Below are positions 61,356 through 64,000 of a stretch of DNA of 64,000 nt, in pieces. The notes below the pieces were generated by a model, which was given only the letters and a program-made list of their open reading frames with translations, was not told where the DNA came from and searched no databases. The stretch is taken from contig CAXXHB010000003.1 of NCBI GenBank assembly GCA_963664815.2, positions 4,032,001 through 4,096,000 of the forward strand, read 5' to 3'. Within the stretch, counting starts at the first letter, position 1. Each line of letters starts with the position of its first letter. The translations under genes and the position numbers were made by a program. Source of the stretch: Spirochaetota bacterium. Lineage in GTDB: Bacteria; Spirochaetota; UBA4802; UBA5550.

Positions 61356-64000
61356 TCAGTCATATTTTTCAATACTGGTAATTTTAAAACTTTTCTCTTC
61401 ATCGTCAATTTTAAAACTCACCTCGTCACCAGATTTTTTACCAAGCATCGCTTTAGCTATCGGAGATCTGTATGAAAGAATTCTCTTTTCAAAATCGGCA
61501 TCCCATGGTCCAAGAATTGTATAATTAATACTATTACTGTTGTTAACGTCTGAGAGAATTACTCTGGTACCGATATTAACACTTTCAGTATTGATCTTTA
61601 CCGGATCAAGTATGTCAGCTTTTTTCATCTCTTCGTCAAGCCTTGATATCGCGAGTTTCAGAACAGACTGTTTTTCCATTAGTGTATTATAATCAACGTT
61701 TTCTCTTATATCACCTGAAGCTTCAGAAACATTCGAAAGCTCTTTTGAAAGAGATACCATCTCGACATTTACCATATGCTCAAACTCTTCTTTCTTCCGG
61801 CTATATCCCTCTTTTGACACAATCAGCTTTTCGACATCGCTCTTCCACTCTTCTTCAACAAGATCGTGGGCATTCTGTATATTATCAAATCGAGATTTTA
61901 CAACTTCCTCAAACTTAACAAGCTGTGATTCCTCTGCATATGGAAGGTTCTCAAAAATATCAAATATTTTACCTACAAGCTGGCGATCGTACTTGTTGAT
62001 AATCTGTTTCAGCACCTCACAGTCATCTTCAAAAAGAATTTCTGTCATGGTATTTTTAAGCCTGTTCCCATCCACTTCAATTTTCTTCAATTCATTCATC
62101 AGCCTGAAATATGATAAAACAAAATTTTCCTGATGATAATCAAGCCAATCATAATTCCATGTTTCTGTAAAAATATTTTTTGCCACCCATATAAAAATAT
62201 CCGGGTATTGTTTTGCATCTGGAACAATCCTGTCAATAAAATGATTTATTGTATAATATTGATGCGATCTCATTAGAATGTTGACAATATATTTATGAAT
62301 TCTCACAGGTGTCTCGAAAAGAAGTTCGAACAGTATAGCAGGCCAGTCTTCCCTGTTTTCAACGATGAGATTAACAAAATCCTTTTTATAATCATATGAA
62401 CTTATTTTTATAGAGAGAAGCGGAAGCTCTTCACTGCTTTTTATGAATGAGATGACTTTTTCTTTTGGCTGATCCAGTTTTATTTTTGAAGCGTCAGAAT
62501 AATTTGCAAGATCCGACAGAATAAAATACGACAGTATCTGTCTTGTATTTGAATCACCTTTTACCTGTTCCATAAAGAAATCTATAAAGTAGGAAGCAAC
62601 ACCCTCTCCCTCCTTCTTGTCAATGTTATTGATAAACTCAATTGCTATATCAAGTTTTTCACTGAATGAATCAGTTTCAGTAAACTTTCCAAGCAATTCA
62701 TCGGCAAATGTTACAGGTTTATCCCGCATGAATACAAGATTTTTCTTTTTATCTGAAACACCAAAAATTGGATCTTTTTTTATGAGAGTCCTTGTTTTAC
62801 TCCACCACTTAACCCAATTTTTCTCTTCTACAAAATCAGGAATTAATTCATTTTTAATATCATCAACAAGAATTTCTCCGCCATATGATTTAATCAAAAG
62901 TTCAAAAAACTGCATAAAATCATTTTTAAACAATGCATCCAGTTTTTCCGGATCTTCATATTTCATCACATATATATGATCTTTTGTAATCGGCTTAAGG
63001 GAATTCAATGCCATCTGAATGGACATGTTATGACCTATTTTTTCCCTGAAATTTACAACAATTCCCTCTCCATCAATATTATCAATTATACCGAGACCCC
63101 AGGAATTATGAAATACATAATTCCCCTTATCAAAAACAATATTCTTCTCAAAATCAACTATTGCAAATTTTACCGGAGCTTTAAAGTTATTTAACTTTGA
63201 AAGTTTAAGAAACTGGCTAAACTGCGAATGACCCCCATACTTCGATTCGTAAAGCTTTACAAGTTCTCGTCTTGAATGAAGATCTTCAAATCGGTAGTTT
63301 AGAATTTTTTTAAGAAGCTCTATTGCCTGATCAGGATTTTCTTCGTCTCTATATTTATGAAGAAGAATTTTCAACAGATCCGCTGCAAGATCCTGTTGTT
63401 TAGCATCAACCAGCATTCTCTCAATCCTTTCAAAAAACTGAATATCGCTCCATGAAACAGTTACCAGTTTCTGCCAGAGAGGAGTAATCTCATCAAAATT
63501 TTTTGACTTTATAAAGCCTTCTATTGAGAGTTTCATATATTGGATACTTTTTTCCTGATCCTGATTGACAATTGCGAAAGCCAGTTTTTTCGCGACCTGT
63601 GCATCAAATCTGTCAATTTTCATAAGATTTTCCCACACAGGAATAGCTTCTTTATTTCTTCCAAGCCTCTCAAGACTTGTAGCCAAAGATCTCAGCGCAA
63701 AGCTGCTCTCTCCATATTCCAGAATTTTCTCCGCAATTATTTCCACGACTGCCCATTTATGATTATCTGTAAACTTTTCAATAAGCTTTTTCAGATATTT
63801 CTTTTCATCAATTTTTTCAAACTGATATCCAAGAAGCCCCGCTATATATGCTGCTGTAATTGATGCTGGCTGTTCTTCCAGTTGTTCCTTACATGCTTTT
63901 ATCGCCTCATCAACAACACCGTCAGCCAATATAGAATTAAAGATATCATCAAGAATTTTGAATCTCGAAATTCCTACATCTTTAGAATCTATTCTGCCCC
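61356..64000 (-). CDS. greA: Long spirochaete-type GreA with large N-terminal helical extension (5' end beyond window)
   Basis: C-terminal GreA domain 'GDIRENVDY', 'IGTRV', 'YTILGPWDAD...LSYRSPIAKAMLGKK.GD'; frame stays open from 63929 to the window end. Confidence 0.92.
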   Translation of the reverse strand, partial: GRIDSKDVGISRFKILDDIFNSILADGVVDEAIKACKEQLEEQPASITAAYIAGLLGYQFEKIDEKKYLKKLIEKFTDNHKWAVVEIIAEKILEYGESSFALRSLATSLERLGRNKEAIPVWENLMKIDRFDAQVAKKLAFAIVNQDQEKSIQYMKLSIEGFIKSKNFDEITPLWQKLVTVSWSDIQFFERIERMLVDAKQQDLAADLLKILLHKYRDEENPDQAIELLKKILNYRFEDLHSRRELVKLYESKYGGHSQFSQFLKLSKLNNFKAPVKFAIVDFEKNIVFDKGNYVFHNSWGLGIIDNIDGEGIVVNFREKIGHNMSIQMALNSLKPITKDHIYVMKYEDPEKLDALFKNDFMQFFELLIKSYGGEILVDDIKNELIPDFVEEKNWVKWWSKTRTLIKKDPIFGVSDKKKNLVFMRDKPVTFADELLGKFTETDSFSEKLDIAIEFINNIDKKEGEGVASYFIDFFMEQVKGDSNTRQILSYFILSDLANYSDASKIKLDQPKEKVISFIKSSEELPLLSIKISSYDYKKDFVNLIVENREDWPAILFELLFETPVRIHKYIVNILMRSHQYYTINHFIDRIVPDAKQYPDIFIWVAKNIFTETWNYDWLDYHQENFVLSYFRLMNELKKIEVDGNRLKNTMTEILFEDDCEVLKQIINKYDRQLVGKIFDIFENLPYAEESQLVKFEEVVKSRFDNIQNAHDLVEEEWKSDVEKLIVSKEGYSRKKEEFEHMVNVEMVSLSKELSNVSEASGDIRENVDYNTLMEKQSVLKLAISRLDEEMKKADILDPVKINTESVNIGTRVILSDVNNSNSINYTILGPWDADFEKRILSYRSPIAKAMLGKKSGDEVSFKIDDEEKSFKITSIEKYD

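Noticed and set aside
61356-64000. Giant GreA as a novel fusion
   Set aside because: N-terminally extended GreA is known in spirochaetes and chlamydiae; used only as a taxonomic clue.

Overview
AT-rich bacterial chromosome segment, most consistent with an anaerobic member of the Spirochaetota. This is inferred from the long spirochaete-type GreA, the Bat/MoxR operon, a DUF6675-like protein, class III RNR and NfnAB. It is mostly housekeeping: the moxR-DUF58-bat operon, a ClpX-like ATPase, class III FBPase, leuB, MlaEFD, Prc, gatA, moaA, nrdDG, gltBD, nfnAB, gdhA, purT, greA and two tRNA-Leu genes. I saw no CRISPR array, transposase, integrase or phage gene. Notable observations: (1) a split class III ribonucleotide reductase whose glycyl-radical loop lies on a separate 59-aa ORF missing from the ORF track; (2) a secreted papain-like protease directly followed by a chagasin-like (I42) lipoprotein inhibitor; (3) a KaiC-like/PEP-synthase ATP-grasp fusion beside gdhA, and a palindromic motif shared upstream of gltB and gdhA; (4) a candidate pseudoknotted RNA plus terminator at 15.3-15.45 kb; (5) an MlaF-like ABC subunit with all catalytic motifs degenerate; (6) a stand-alone MshEN protein; (7) sigma28-like promoters before unannotated small genes. 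All family assignments come from recognising motifs by eye, with no database search.
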